Source of the DNA: Squalus acanthias
Lineage: Eukaryota
Reading direction: 5' to 3'
DNA length: 64,000 nucleotides
Assembly (NCBI GenBank): GCA_030390025.1
Contig: JASTWF010000036.1
Coordinates: forward strand, 2,978,001-3,042,000
Below are positions 63,481 to 64,000 of this stretch, piece after piece (position 1 is the first letter of the stretch; every line of letters starts with the position of its first letter). A program made the translations under genes and the position numbers. A model generated the notes under the pieces. The model did no database searches. It was not told the origin of the DNA and was given only the letters and a program-made list of their open reading frames with translations.

Positions 63481-63661
63481 TCTTGTCACATGACAATCCC
63501 AATGATTAACACGGACAAAAACAGTAGCCCTTTTTACCCACTGACAATATGCTATTCGTAAGGTAGTTGAATATAATTCTTACAGTTACATTACCTACTG
63601 CCAATATTGGAGAGGCAAATTCCAGCCTATGCCACTCTTAACAGCTCCTCTGTGTTAAAGG

Positions 63662-63823
63662 ACGTTTATTTGAGCTACAGGGGAGTCAAGGGTTACGGGG
63701 AACAGGCAGGGAAGTGGAGTTGAGGCCAAAATCAGATCAGCCATGATCTTATTGAATGGCAGAGCAGGCTCGAGGGCCGAATGGCCGACTCCTGCTCCTA
63801 TTTCTTTTGCTCTTATGTTCTTA
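63662..63823 (+). mobile_element. CR1 3' end
   Basis: GATCAGCCATGATCTTATTGAATGG..GGCCGAATGG..TCTTATGTTCTTA. Confidence 0.88.
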
Positions 63824-64000
63824 AAGTAGAGAGTTTGTAGTTTTCCTCTACACTGTATTATGACTTCATGAGACTTGCACCAACCATTTAGTACAGACAT
63901 CAAATGGATGTGAATCATTAACTTTTGTACATGTGCTTATGTCATCCTGGGGCAGATCATCAAAGGAACACTTAACGAAAAGCAAGATTATGGAGCAGTG

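Overview
Vertebrate genomic DNA, inferred to be from a cartilaginous fish (shark) from its repeat content (HE1-type V-SINEs, SacSINE1/DeuSINE-type SINEs, CR1, L2, RTE, Penelope). The only protein-coding gene I can support is an aryl hydrocarbon receptor (AHR-family, bHLH-PAS) gene on the minus strand. Ten exons from ATG 53575 to 28889 join in frame with GT-AG junctions (3009 nt, 1003 codons), and a candidate terminal exon at 24230-24090 would give 1049 aa. It has a divergent basic region and an expanded Q-rich exon 10, and could be the elasmobranch paralogue AHR3 (not proven). The rest is mostly transposon-derived: nested insertions with readable target-site duplications, a fossil two-gene PIF/Harbinger element with many related MITEs, LF-SINE-like copies near the gene's 5' end, an 877-nt pure-purine tract, interleaved inverted repeats in intron 3 and a degenerate 45-bp array. 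No prokaryotic system, CRISPR array or intact autonomous transposon was seen. Family assignments come from recalled consensus motifs, not database searches.
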